From: Aquificota bacterium
GTDB lineage: Bacteria; Aquificota; Aquificia; Desulfurobacteriales; DQVG01
Direction of reading: 5' to 3'
Length of the DNA: 64,000 nucleotides
Assembly: GCA_027002265.1 (NCBI GenBank)
Contig: JAMOTM010000043.1
Location: forward strand, 12,103-76,102
Positions 1-8,852 of the stretch are shown piece by piece. Below the pieces are notes generated by a model. It was not told the DNA's origin and made no database searches. It was given only the letters and a program-made list of their open reading frames with translations. How positions within the stretch are numbered: the stretch's first letter is position 1; each line of letters starts with the position of its first letter. The position numbers were made by a program, and so were the translations under genes.

Positions 1-1
1 A

Positions 2-289
2 GATTTAGAGCATCTTATTAAAGAGGGTGAAGCCAAGGTAAGATGTCATTTTTGCGGTAAGGAATATATATTTTCAAAAGAGGAGCTAGAAAAAATTCTT
101 AAAGAAAAGAAGGAAAAATGTACATGCTCTAAAGAAGGAGCTCGTAAAATTTTAAAGGAATTTCCAAAGGAAGAAATTGAAAAAGGCATAGAAAAAGGTT
201 TTCTCGAAGTTATGTGTCCAAAATGTGGAAAAGTTTACAAGTTTGAAAAAGAAGAACTTAAGAAAGTTCTAAAAGAGATGAATAATTAG
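2..289 (+). CDS. Hsp33-like redox-regulated chaperone, C-terminal zinc-binding region (5' partial, continues upstream of the window)
   Basis: Open frame from the window edge to TAG at 287-289. It carries a CxxC / CxC / CxxC arrangement (RCHFCGKEY, KCTCSKEG, MCPKCGKVYKFEKEEL). The motif CxxCG-x-Y-x-F-x-(K/R)-EEL is typical of the Hsp33 C-terminal zinc centre. Confidence 0.45.
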   Translation, partial: DLEHLIKEGEAKVRCHFCGKEYIFSKEELEKILKEKKEKCTCSKEGARKILKEFPKEEIEKGIEKGFLEVMCPKCGKVYKFEKEELKKVLKEMNN

Positions 290-290
290 T

Positions 291-330
291 TTGGGGCATT
301 TCGCCCCAAATTTCTTTTATTTTTTAACTA
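291..330 (+). terminator. Rho-independent terminator (GGGGC-ATTTC-GCCCC stem-loop followed by a T-tract)
   Basis: Perfect 5-bp GC stem at 293-307, followed by aaatttcttttatttttt. Confidence 0.7.
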
Positions 331-371
331 ATAATTTACTTTCCAAAGTTTATTTTTTTTCTTTTCTTGAT

Positions 372-377
372 TATAAT
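372..377 (+). promoter_or_regulatory. Candidate -10 box (TATAAT) upstream of pstS
   Basis: TATAAT hexamer about 38 nt upstream of the pstS ATG. No good -35 hexamer. An AGGAGG ribosome-binding site lies at 403-408. Confidence 0.2.
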
Positions 378-414
378 CCTACCAGTTTTAAACTAAATTA
401 CTAGGAGGTTTCCT

Positions 415-1488
415 ATGAAATTTCTCAGACTTCTTTTTGTTTTATCTTTATGTAGTATTTATGCTTGCTTTTCTTCTAAATCTGAAAAAAATGAAACACT
501 TTCTAAAAATCAAAATCCTACTCAGAAATCTTCAAAAATTGTATTAAATGGGGCTGGAGCAACTTTTCCATATCCAGTTTATACAACTTGGGCAAAAAAA
601 TATTATAAAGAAACTGGAGTAAAAGTCAACTATCAAGGTATAGGTTCTGGTGGCGGTCAAAAAATGATAAAAAATCGTCTTGTAGATTTTGCAGGTTCAG
701 ACCAAATGCTAGAACCTGTAACTTTAAGAAAGTGGCACGTTCTCCAATATCCGGGTGTAGTTGGAGCCATAGTAGTTGTTTATAACTTGGATAAAGTAAA
801 AGATGGAGAGTTAAAACTTCCAAATGATGTAGTGGCAGATATATTTTTAGGAAAAATAAAATATTGGGATGATGAAAAAATAAAAAAAGCTAATCCTAAC
901 TTAAATTTACCTCATCAAAAAATTACAGTTATTCACAGAGCTGAAGGTTCGGGAACAACTTGGAATTTTTCTTATTGGCTTTCTCAAATAAGTCCAGAGT
1001 GGAGAAATAAGATAGGTTATGGTAAAGTAGTAGAGTGGCCAACTGGCATAGGTGCAAAAGGAAATTTTGGAGTGGCAGCATATATAAAACAAATTCCTGG
1101 GTCTATAGGATATGTAGAATATGCTTATAAATTAAAAAATAATTTGAAAGCTGCGCAACTTCAAAGTAAGGAAGGAAAGTTTGTAAAACCAAATATGAGA
1201 TCCTTTACAGAAGCTGCGAAAAATGCAAAATGGTCTCCAGAAAATGACTTTTATTTACCCTCTAATTTAATTTTATCCCCAGGAAAAAATTCTTGGCCTT
1301 TAACTGTAGCAACCATGATTTTAATTCCCGAGGAAAAAATAGAAAAGGATAAAGAAGTAAATAAATTTTTCTACTGGGCTTTTAAAAATGGTAAAAAAGA
1401 TGCAAAAGATCTTGGTTATGTTCCTTTAGATGAAAATACAGTTAATAAAATAAAGATTTATTGGAAAAATCATAAAGTTAATCCTTAA
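415..1488 (+). CDS. pstS: Phosphate ABC transporter substrate-binding lipoprotein PstS
   Basis: Lipoprotein-type signal peptide (LSLCSIYAC). Contains GAGATFPYPVY, GSGGG and FAGSD motifs typical of PstS. An AGGAGG ribosome-binding site lies 7 nt upstream. Confidence 0.85.
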   Translation: MKFLRLLFVLSLCSIYACFSSKSEKNETLSKNQNPTQKSSKIVLNGAGATFPYPVYTTWAKKYYKETGVKVNYQGIGSGGGQKMIKNRLVDFAGSDQMLEPVTLRKWHVLQYPGVVGAIVVVYNLDKVKDGELKLPNDVVADIFLGKIKYWDDEKIKKANPNLNLPHQKITVIHRAEGSGTTWNFSYWLSQISPEWRNKIGYGKVVEWPTGIGAKGNFGVAAYIKQIPGSIGYVEYAYKLKNNLKAAQLQSKEGKFVKPNMRSFTEAAKNAKWSPENDFYLPSNLILSPGKNSWPLTVATMILIPEEKIEKDKEVNKFFYWAFKNGKKDAKDLGYVPLDENTVNKIKIYWKNHKVNP

Positions 1489-1500
1489 ATTTTAGTCTAT

Positions 1501-1536
1501 AAGGGGAGGATTCTTTATCCTCCCCTTATAATTTCT
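1501..1536 (+). terminator. Rho-independent terminator after pstS
   Basis: Perfect 10-bp inverted repeat aaggggagga / tcctcccctt (1501-1527), then a T-rich run. Confidence 0.65.
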
Positions 1537-1839
1537 CGAAAATCAAAATTCTATCCACCTTCATCTTTAACTATAGTAACTTGAGTTATAAATAAGTTGA
1601 AATCTAAAGGTATTATAAAACTAGTTTGTGTTTCATACAACTTGAAAAAAGCTATGAAAGTTATAAATTCATTATCCTCGGACAAACTTTATAAAATCTT
1701 TCAAGAAAGATTACCTTTAGAGACGAAAAAATTATTTAAAGCAGATTTTAGAAAAACTTTACACCTTAAAGTAATTAATGTAGTTTAACAATTGTGTTAA
1801 AATTATCTTCCAAAAATTTTAAAATATGGAGGAATTAGC

Positions 1840-2142
1840 ATGTTTGCAGTTATAAAAACTGGCGGAAAACAATATAAGGTTAAAGAAGGAGATATATTAA
1901 GAGTAGAAAAATTAAATGCAAATGAAGGAGATACTGTAGAACTTGAAACTTTAATGATTAGTGATGAAAATGGGAACATTCAAGTAGGAAATTTAGGAAA
2001 GAAAGTTATTGCAAAAGTTTTAAAACATGGAAAAGGGGAAAAAATTATTGTATTTAAATATATGCCAAAAAAACACTGGCAAAGAAAAAAAGGACATCGC
2101 CAGTGGTTTACAGAAATAAAAATTGAAAAAATTGAAAGTTAA
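1840..2142 (+). CDS. rplU: 50S ribosomal protein L21
   Basis: N-terminus MFAVIKTGGKQYKV is diagnostic of L21. A GGAGG ribosome-binding site lies upstream. Confidence 0.9.
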   Translation: MFAVIKTGGKQYKVKEGDILRVEKLNANEGDTVELETLMISDENGNIQVGNLGKKVIAKVLKHGKGEKIIVFKYMPKKHWQRKKGHRQWFTEIKIEKIES

Positions 2143-2159
2143 TCTGGAGGTAACTCGCC

Positions 2160-2432
2160 ATGGCACATAAAAAAGGACAAGGTTCTTCTAGAAACGGTAG
2201 AGATTCTATTTCTAAAAGACTTGGAGTAAAAAGACATGATGGTCAAATAGTAAGAGCTGGAAATATTTTAGTTCGTCAAAGAGGAACAAGAATCTATCCT
2301 GGAAACAATGTTGGTATGGGTAATGATTACACTCTTTTTGCATTAGTTGACGGAATTGTTAAATTTGAAACTAAAAGAGGAAAAAAAGTAGTAAGCGTAT
2401 ATCCAATTTCCAATCAAGTTGGAAATGCATAA
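2160..2432 (+). CDS. rpmA: 50S ribosomal protein L27
   Basis: N-terminus [16 protein letters not shown] is diagnostic of L27. It lies directly downstream of rplU, the conserved gene order. Confidence 0.9.
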   Translation: MAHKKGQGSSRNGRDSISKRLGVKRHDGQIVRAGNILVRQRGTRIYPGNNVGMGNDYTLFALVDGIVKFETKRGKKVVSVYPISNQVGNA

Positions 2433-3075
2433 GAAAGCTTTTATTATCTCTTTTGAAGGTATTGAGGGAAGCGGGAAAAGTACTCTCGCTTCCCAATTAT
2501 ATTCTTTTTTAAAGAAAAATATAAATTCTTTAGATATTCCTTATAAAAACGTTTTTATTTTTAGAGAACCGGGAAGCTCTCCTCTAGGAGAAGTTCTTCG
2601 AGAAATAATTCTTTATAAATTAGATCCAAAAAAAAATACAAAAACTTTATCTCTTCTTTTTGAAGCTTCCCGAAGTTATCTTTTTGAAGAATACAAAGAT
2701 ATATTTTTGGAAAAAAATATTATTATTTTTGATAGATTTATAGATTCTACTATAGCTTACCAGGGCTATGGGATGGGTTTAGATATAAATTTTCTAGAAT
2801 TTTTAAATTTATTTGTCACAGAAAATATAAAACCAGATTTAACTTTTCTTTTGGATGTGGATGTAAACATAGCTTTTCAAAGAATTCAAAAAAAGAAAAA
2901 AGATAATATTGAAAAACTTTCAAAGAAATTTTTTGAAAAAGTAAGACAAGGTTTTTTAGAAATTTCTCAAAGGGATAAAAATAGATTTGTGGTTTTAAAT
3001 AGTTCTAAAAACAATCTAAAAGATCTTTTTGAGAAGATTAAATCTATTACTTTGGAAAGGTTAAAAAATTTTTAG
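2419..3075 (+). CDS. tmk: Thymidylate kinase
   Basis: P-loop [11 protein letters not shown] and a DR(F/Y) motif. The start overlaps the rpmA stop. Confidence 0.8.
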   Translation: MEMHKKAFIISFEGIEGSGKSTLASQLYSFLKKNINSLDIPYKNVFIFREPGSSPLGEVLREIILYKLDPKKNTKTLSLLFEASRSYLFEEYKDIFLEKNIIIFDRFIDSTIAYQGYGMGLDINFLEFLNLFVTENIKPDLTFLLDVDVNIAFQRIQKKKKDNIEKLSKKFFEKVRQGFLEISQRDKNRFVVLNSSKNNLKDLFEKIKSITLERLKNF

Positions 3076-3130
3076 AGATGCTATTTTATTTTTTAATAAT
3101 AAATTTTAAAATAATAAATAATAAATTAGA

Positions 3131-3156
3131 AAAGGGGGGATAAAATCCCCCCATCA
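3131..3156. terminator. Bidirectional terminator hairpin GGGGGG-ataaaat-CCCCCC between convergent tmk and the 3158-5092 gene
   Basis: A 6-bp G/C stem flanked by A-tract and T-tract. It sits between convergent genes. Confidence 0.6.
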
Positions 3157-3157
3157 A

Positions 3158-5092
3158 TTAAACATCTATTTCTTCCCAAGCTCTTTCTTCAGCTTTCATT
3201 AAGTCCGCAGCTTGTAAAAGTAAAAGACCAGATTCAAATAAAGAGTTTTGTCCTAAGAATTTTGCTTGTTTCATAATAGTGAGTTCTTTTTCAAATTCTT
3301 CATCTGTAAGTCCAGCCTTCTTCTTAATTTCTTTCCAGTTTTCCGGCTCAATTCTTACTCTTTGCTCTTTTACATATAAAGAACCAACTTCTTTAATTGC
3401 GCGGATTATTCTAATAACGAATGGATTTACTGGGTTTGCAATTCCTTCTGGCGTACCTGCGGTAGCTCTTTTGATAAGTTTTCCGGGTTCAGTTAAAGTT
3501 ACTACTCCACAGGTTTCTAAGTTTACAATACCTTTTGCATCTAATTTTTCCAAAGCAAGGTAAACATCTTCTCTTTCTTTGTCACTAAAGTATGGTTTAA
3601 TAATATCTTCCTCGATAAATGCTCCTCTTAAATAAGGAATACATTTTAAAACTCTAAGTTCAAAAGCGGTTAAGTGAGGAACTCTATTGATATGAGTTGC
3701 CATTCTTGCATAAAATCTTCCGGATGCAGTTGGAGCTCCTTGTCCGGTGGTAATAGCTTCTTCTCCTCTCATAAACCAAGAGTAATCTGGCGCTCTAAAT
3801 TCAAGACGAGTTACTGTAACAGATTTTACAGCTGGGGCAGGAATCGGTCTTTCTTTAACTTGTTTTTGATCTTGAAGAACTTTTTTACCCCAGTCTGTGA
3901 AGTCATAATAAAGTTTTCCTTTTTCGTTTATATCTGTTTTAATAGCTTCTTGTGCTTCTAAAGAGTAAAGAGCAGTAGAAATATCATAATGCTTATTAAA
4001 CCACTCCTCTACTTTCTTTGCTTCTTGCAATTCTTTTAAAATCTGTTGCTTTTTCTCTGGAAGCTCTTTTAATCTTCTTCCATATTTTTCTAAAAGCTTT
4101 TGAGCTTCTCTTAATTTTCTTTCAAATACAGTTTTCCAAATTTCTTCTTTAGTAGGATAAATTTCTGGATTTTCTTTATGAGTTTCCCAAATTTTTTCAA
4201 TAGCTTTTAAAATTTCAATTTCAACTTCATCAAAATCTACCGTCCAAGGATCGGTTTTAACTTGTTTTGTATAAATTTTCCAAGCAAGATATAGATGTTT
4301 TCCTCCGGGTAGAAGATTTCCTTCTTCATCAATATAAGCCTGAGCTACAAGTTTTTCAAACATTTTGCTATCTATAGCATCTTTCCCTTCTTCAACTACT
4401 TTAGCTAAGTTTTCTAATATTTCTGCAGATACATTTATAGGTAAAGCTGGAGCGGATTTTAATAAGCCTGCTCTCACTTGTTGTCCAAGTCCTGTTAAAG
4501 CATAAACATCAGATTTTGGAGCGGAGAAAGCTATAAGTCTTTGAGCTTCAAGTTCATAAAGTTCATGTTTTCCAACATCTGCGGTTAATTTTAAAATAGA
4601 TTTAAGACCTGGTCCTGGAGGCATTTCTTTAATATAATCTGTAAGTCTTTTATCTACAGTAATATGAGGTTTTGCTTCTTGATAAGCTTGCCAAATGGTA
4701 TCTGCAAGCGGAGTAAGTTGTCCGTTTTTAGCAAATCCTCTTTCTTCTAAAGCTTCAGCTACATCTTGAGGACATCTACCTTGACATTTTCTTGCAACTT
4801 CAATCATTGCAATTACTTCGGTTCCCACCCAGCGATATCCTTCTTCCCAATCTTCTATATTGATAACACCTTGTTTTTCTGCTGCCTCAATTGTTTCTGC
4901 TACAAGCATTCCACTATAAGTAAGATGATATTTGTCGTTATCTTCCAGTCTTAAAAGACCTATTAGATTAAGTTGATTTAAATACTCTAAAATTTCAGGT
5001 TCTTTTTCAGCTGCAGAAAAAAATTCATCTCCTCTTAATTTACCTTCATATATTTCCTTTAAAAGTTTTACATGCTCTTTTGTTAGTATCAT
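3158..5092 (-). CDS. Conserved hypothetical protein with about 5 repeated winged-helix-like modules (644 aa)
   Basis: Long ORF whose amino-acid composition is much less K/I/N-biased than the neighbours and is richer in A/E/L/R/G/W. It contains repeated segments of the form L..(L/I)G(L/I)...(8-12 aa)..Y.LT..G..V: LIGLLRLEDNDKYHLTYSGMLVAE, IAFSAPKSDVYALTGLGQQVRAG, KGIVNLETCGVVTLTEPGKLIKRA and KGKLYYDFTDWGKKVLQ. Confidence 0.6.
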   Translation of the reverse strand: MILTKEHVKLLKEIYEGKLRGDEFFSAAEKEPEILEYLNQLNLIGLLRLEDNDKYHLTYSGMLVAETIEAAEKQGVINIEDWEEGYRWVGTEVIAMIEVARKCQGRCPQDVAEALEERGFAKNGQLTPLADTIWQAYQEAKPHITVDKRLTDYIKEMPPGPGLKSILKLTADVGKHELYELEAQRLIAFSAPKSDVYALTGLGQQVRAGLLKSAPALPINVSAEILENLAKVVEEGKDAIDSKMFEKLVAQAYIDEEGNLLPGGKHLYLAWKIYTKQVKTDPWTVDFDEVEIEILKAIEKIWETHKENPEIYPTKEEIWKTVFERKLREAQKLLEKYGRRLKELPEKKQQILKELQEAKKVEEWFNKHYDISTALYSLEAQEAIKTDINEKGKLYYDFTDWGKKVLQDQKQVKERPIPAPAVKSVTVTRLEFRAPDYSWFMRGEEAITTGQGAPTASGRFYARMATHINRVPHLTAFELRVLKCIPYLRGAFIEEDIIKPYFSDKEREDVYLALEKLDAKGIVNLETCGVVTLTEPGKLIKRATAGTPEGIANPVNPFVIRIIRAIKEVGSLYVKEQRVRIEPENWKEIKKKAGLTDEEFEKELTIMKQAKFLGQNSLFESGLLLLQAADLMKAEERAWEEIDV

Positions 5093-5156
5093 TCATTATC
5101 CTCCTAAAAATTATTAATTGATGGGAAATTATAGCAAAGAAGGGAAAAATATATAG

Positions 5157-5402
5157 TTAGGAGGAAAGTTCTTTGATTTTTTCTTCAAGATATTCAAGAG
5201 CTTCTTTGCAGCTGATTGGAAGATATACATTAGAGGATCGAATATATACAGTTTTTTCGTTTTCTTTGCAAAGTTCCTTTAAAAGTTTTATTTCTTCTTC
5301 GTATAAACGTTTTAAAAGCTCTTTATTGATTTCTCTTTTTTTCTCATCTTTTAAACGAAACATTTCTTTTATCTCATTTATCCACTTTTCAACTATACTC
5401 AT
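5157..5402 (-). CDS. Hypothetical small coiled-coil protein (81 aa)
   Basis: ORF with E/K-rich heptad pattern. It is co-directional with the prefoldin-like gene upstream. Confidence 0.35.
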   Translation of the reverse strand: MSIVEKWINEIKEMFRLKDEKKREINKELLKRLYEEEIKLLKELCKENEKTVYIRSSNVYLPISCKEALEYLEEKIKELSS

Positions 5403-5404
5403 TT

Positions 5405-5452
5405 TCTGCCCCCTAAAATAATAATAGGGGGCACCTTTAAAGGTGCCCCTTT
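5405..5452. terminator. Two adjacent GC-rich hairpins (CCCCC..GGGGG and GGGCACC-tttaaa-GGTGCCC) between the two minus-strand genes
   Basis: Inverted repeats read directly from the sequence. An A/T-rich tract follows on the minus strand. Confidence 0.5.
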
Positions 5453-5456
5453 TGTT

Positions 5457-5921
5457 TTATTTATTTTCTTCCTTTTTTTCTTCTTTTTCTAAAGTTTGAG
5501 CTTTTTCTAGTAAAGCTTCAAGAGCCATATATGTTTCTGCAATGCTTCTTTCAATTAAAAGAGCAGCTGCTTCTAATGCAGAAATTCTTTTGTCAATGTG
5601 TTTTAAAGCTTCTTCGTAAGAAAGCTCAACAGAAAGATTTGGTCCAATAGTCATAATAATTGTATTTGGATCTTCAATTTTAGCTTTAATAGCAGCATCT
5701 ATTCCAACAGGTACCAAAATTGTTTTTCCTTCTCCAAGTTCTTTTAATTTAGCTAAAGTTACTTTGAGAAGTTTTAAATTAGAAATTTGTTGGCGAATAA
5801 GCTCAAGTTCTGCTCTTGCAGCTTCAATGCTTGCAACAAGAGCTCTCAATTGAGCTTGTAACTGAGCTAAAGTAACTACCTCTTCTTTAACTTCTTGGTT
5901 TTGTACTTTATTTTCAGCCAT
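5457..5921 (-). CDS. Prefoldin alpha-subunit-like protein (coiled coil, two beta-hairpins, coiled coil)
   Basis: Layout is an N-terminal coiled coil (LAQLQAQLRALVASIEAARAELELIRQQI), a central ILVPVGIDAAIKAKI...IIMTIGPNLSVELSYEEA core, then a C-terminal coiled coil. This matches the PfdA/GimC-alpha pattern. Confidence 0.55.
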   Translation of the reverse strand: MAENKVQNQEVKEEVVTLAQLQAQLRALVASIEAARAELELIRQQISNLKLLKVTLAKLKELGEGKTILVPVGIDAAIKAKIEDPNTIIMTIGPNLSVELSYEEALKHIDKRISALEAAALLIERSIAETYMALEALLEKAQTLEKEEKKEENK

Positions 5922-6124
5922 TTTTATAACCTCCTTTTAGTTCTTATTTATCATTTTCTTTATCTATTAATAAATATAGGCTTTTTTAAATAATTTTCAA
6001 GATATTATTAAAAAATATAAAATAAATTTTTAAATTTCTAAAAGATCAGGATAGTCAGTAAATAAAATAATTTAAATTAGAAAAAAGGGAAAAAGGTAAT
6101 TAAAAGAAATATAAAAATACCTCA

Positions 6125-7096
6125 TTAAAATAGCTTTTTAATCATTTCCTCAAATTTATGAAGTGTAAAGTTTTTTTGGGAAAAAATATTTTCCCAATTT
6201 ACCTGATAGTATTTTGAAGGGGGCAGGGGATACTTTTTTTCTCCTGGAGTCATGTTGTATTTTAAAAAAATTTTTTGAACTTTCTCAGATAGTATAAATT
6301 TAAGAAACTTTAAAGATAATTTTGGATCATTTGTTGATTTAAAAATAAAAATAGGACTTGGTATATATATATTTTCTTTTGGATAAATGAAAGATATATT
6401 ATAGTTTTTCGCAAAATAATCTATAAGAATTCCAATATCCACTTTATTTTTCTTTAAAGCTTTAGCTAATTCTAAGTTATTTTTAAAAATGTAAACATGA
6501 TTATTTTTAAGCATTTTTCTTAATGAGCTTTCACCTATAAAATTTAAAGCATAATAAAAAAGTCCTAAAGCAAATCCGGAATAGTGTGGATCTACGATTC
6601 CCATTTTTAAATTTTTATATTTTAAAAATTCAGAATACGAAGAAATTTTTGCTTTTTTGAAATTTTTTGAGTAAGCTATAACTGGGATCAAAATTCTGGC
6701 GGAAACAAAATAATTATCTTTATCTACATAATAATATTTTTTAGGATCATCTACTTTAAACCTTAAAAGTAAATTTAATTTTTTTAATGAGATAACATTT
6801 ATAGGGTCTGCAAGTAATCCTACGTCAAGCTTTATGTTTCCATTTAAAATATTTTTTACTATTTGCTTTCTTAAATAGGAAGAAGAGGATCTTTTTATTA
6901 CAACTTCAAGGTCTGGATTTTCTTTTTCGAATTCTTTACAAATCTCTTTGGCAACATTTAGGGGTAAAGATGTATAAAAATATAAAGTCTTTTTTTCGAA
7001 AATTAAAAAGTTATTCTTCAATATAAGATTAAGAGCTATAAAAAAACTTATTAAAATTAATAAAAAGATACTTATTATTTTTCTTGAGCTAACCAT
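6125..7096 (-). CDS. ABC transporter periplasmic substrate-binding protein (AfuA/ModA/TupA-like)
   Basis: N-terminal transmembrane or signal segment, then an LYFYTSLP...A..I...FEK motif typical of type-1 periplasmic binding proteins. Confidence 0.45.
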   Translation of the reverse strand: MVSSRKIISIFLLILISFFIALNLILKNNFLIFEKKTLYFYTSLPLNVAKEICKEFEKENPDLEVVIKRSSSSYLRKQIVKNILNGNIKLDVGLLADPINVISLKKLNLLLRFKVDDPKKYYYVDKDNYFVSARILIPVIAYSKNFKKAKISSYSEFLKYKNLKMGIVDPHYSGFALGLFYYALNFIGESSLRKMLKNNHVYIFKNNLELAKALKKNKVDIGILIDYFAKNYNISFIYPKENIYIPSPIFIFKSTNDPKLSLKFLKFILSEKVQKIFLKYNMTPGEKKYPLPPSKYYQVNWENIFSQKNFTLHKFEEMIKKLF

Positions 7097-7098
7097 GT

Positions 7099-7860
7099 TT
7101 AAATGCCGAGGACATCAAACATGTTGTATAAACCTTGTTTTTTTTCTTTTAAAAATTTTGCAGCATATAAAGCACCTTTTGCAAAAGGTTTTCTAGAATT
7201 AGCTTTGTGAGTAAGTTCTATTCTTTCGTCTTCTCCGAAAAAATATACAGTATGCTCTCCAGCTACATTACCGCCTCTTAAGGCCATAACTCCAACTTCA
7301 TTTTTCTTTCTTTCACCTATTACTCCATCTCTGCAGGAAACTCGGTTTAAAGAATTTCCAAAAACTTTATTTATAATCTCAAAAAGTCTAGTAGCTGTAC
7401 CTGAAGGTGCATCTTTTTTATATTTATGATGAATTTCCATAATTTCGATATCAAAATCTTTATCCTTTAAAAGTTTTGTTGCAATTTCAGTTAGTTTAAA
7501 AAGAAGATTAACGCCTAAGGACATATTTGGAGAGTAACAAATAGCCGTATTTTTAGATAACTTTTCCATTTTTTCAAGGATACTTTTATCCAAAGCAGTG
7601 GTTCCTATTACAGCTTTTTTAGAAGTGTTCTTTTCTAAATAGTTTAAAACTTCTTTTGTTCCTTCGGGTAAAGAAAAGTCTATAATAATATCAAAATCTT
7701 CTTTTATATCATATAAAGATTTATATATTGGAATATTTTCTAAAGTTCCTTCTTTTCTATCTACCCCGGCAACAACTTTTATATCTTCGAAACTTTTAGA
7801 AAGTTCGTATATAGTTTTTCCCATTCTTCCTAAAATTCCGAAAATAACAATTTTAACCAT
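7099..7860 (-). CDS. dapB: 4-hydroxy-tetrahydrodipicolinate reductase
   Basis: N-terminal MVKIVIFGILGRMGK Rossmann motif and EIHHKYKKDAPSGTA catalytic motif. Confidence 0.85.
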   Translation of the reverse strand: MVKIVIFGILGRMGKTIYELSKSFEDIKVVAGVDRKEGTLENIPIYKSLYDIKEDFDIIIDFSLPEGTKEVLNYLEKNTSKKAVIGTTALDKSILEKMEKLSKNTAICYSPNMSLGVNLLFKLTEIATKLLKDKDFDIEIMEIHHKYKKDAPSGTATRLFEIINKVFGNSLNRVSCRDGVIGERKKNEVGVMALRGGNVAGEHTVYFFGEDERIELTHKANSRKPFAKGALYAAKFLKEKKQGLYNMFDVLGI

Positions 7861-7862
7861 GT

Positions 7863-8852
7863 TTAGTTAACCCCCAAAATATGATGAATATGAATAATAC
7901 CAACCACCCTTTTATTTTCATCTACAACTGGCAAAACTGTAATTTTATAGTTTTCCATTTTATCTAAAGCTTCTTTTATGGAATCTAAATAAAAAATAGT
8001 TTTTGGATTTTTAGTCATAGCATCTTTAGCAGTAGAGCTATATATATCTTTTTTCTTTTCTAAAAATCTTCTTAAATCTCCATCTGTAATAATTCCCCTT
8101 AAATTTTCACTTTTATCAAAAACTAGAGCGCAACCAAGTTTTTTTTGAGACATCTCTTTTATTACTTCTATCATAGATGTGTCTAAATATACCTTTGGAA
8201 TAGCTTTACCTTCTTTCATAAGATCCTTTACTTTTAAAAGCTTTAAACCTAAGGATCCCGAAGGATGGAAAATATGAAAATTTTCCTTTTTAAAATTTTT
8301 CAATTTAGATATAGTAACTGCCAAAGCATCTCCAAAGGCTAAAGTTACTGTACTTGAAGTAGTAGGAGCTAAACCCAAATGACAAGCTTCACTCTCTACG
8401 AAAGTATATAGATTAATATCTGAAAGTTTTGAAAGAGAATTTCCAGGTTTAGAGGTTATTGATACTACCTTTTTTGCGATTTTTTTTACTATAGGTAAAA
8501 TAAAAAGAAGCTCTTTTGTCTCTCCACTATGAGAAATAGATACAAAAATATCTTTCTTTTGTAAAACTCCCAAGTCCCCGTGAGCGGCTTCGGTAGGATG
8601 TAGAAATATGCTTGGTATTCCTAAAGAAGAAAAAGTGGAAGCAAGTTTTCTTCCTATAATTCCCGACTTTCCTACTCCGGAAAAAACAAGTTTTCCTTCT
8701 AAAGTCAAAGTTTCTTTTATAAATTTTAAAATATTTTCTTCTTGTCTTTCTAAATTATCTTTCAAATTTAATATACCTTTTACCTCGTTTTCTAAAACTT
8801 CCTTAATATTTTGCAAAGTGTCTTTTAAATTATTTTCCTTCACTTGAAACAT
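7863..8852 (-). CDS. kdsD: Arabinose-5-phosphate isomerase (SIS domain plus tandem CBS domains)
   Basis: SIS motifs GVGKSG...SHSGET followed by two CBS-like repeats. This is the KpsF/GutQ architecture. Confidence 0.8.
   Translation of the reverse strand: MFQVKENNLKDTLQNIKEVLENEVKGILNLKDNLERQEENILKFIKETLTLEGKLVFSGVGKSGIIGRKLASTFSSLGIPSIFLHPTEAAHGDLGVLQKKDIFVSISHSGETKELLFILPIVKKIAKKVVSITSKPGNSLSKLSDINLYTFVESEACHLGLAPTTSSTVTLAFGDALAVTISKLKNFKKENFHIFHPSGSLGLKLLKVKDLMKEGKAIPKVYLDTSMIEVIKEMSQKKLGCALVFDKSENLRGIITDGDLRRFLEKKKDIYSSTAKDAMTKNPKTIFYLDSIKEALDKMENYKITVLPVVDENKRVVGIIHIHHILGVN

Noticed and set aside
626-1092. Minus-strand ORFs 626-823 and 907-1092 inside pstS
   Set aside because: They are antisense to a well-supported gene and code low-complexity peptides. 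They are spurious frames typical of AT-rich DNA.
1597-1788. 63-aa + strand ORF between pstS and rplU
   Set aside because: No ribosome-binding site and no recognisable motif. It lies in the rplU promoter or leader region and probably arises by chance in AT-rich sequence.
3279-4954. Plus-strand ORFs 3279-3563, 3674-3961 and 4766-4954 inside the 644-aa gene
   Set aside because: They are antisense shadow ORFs with Ser/Phe-rich junk translations.
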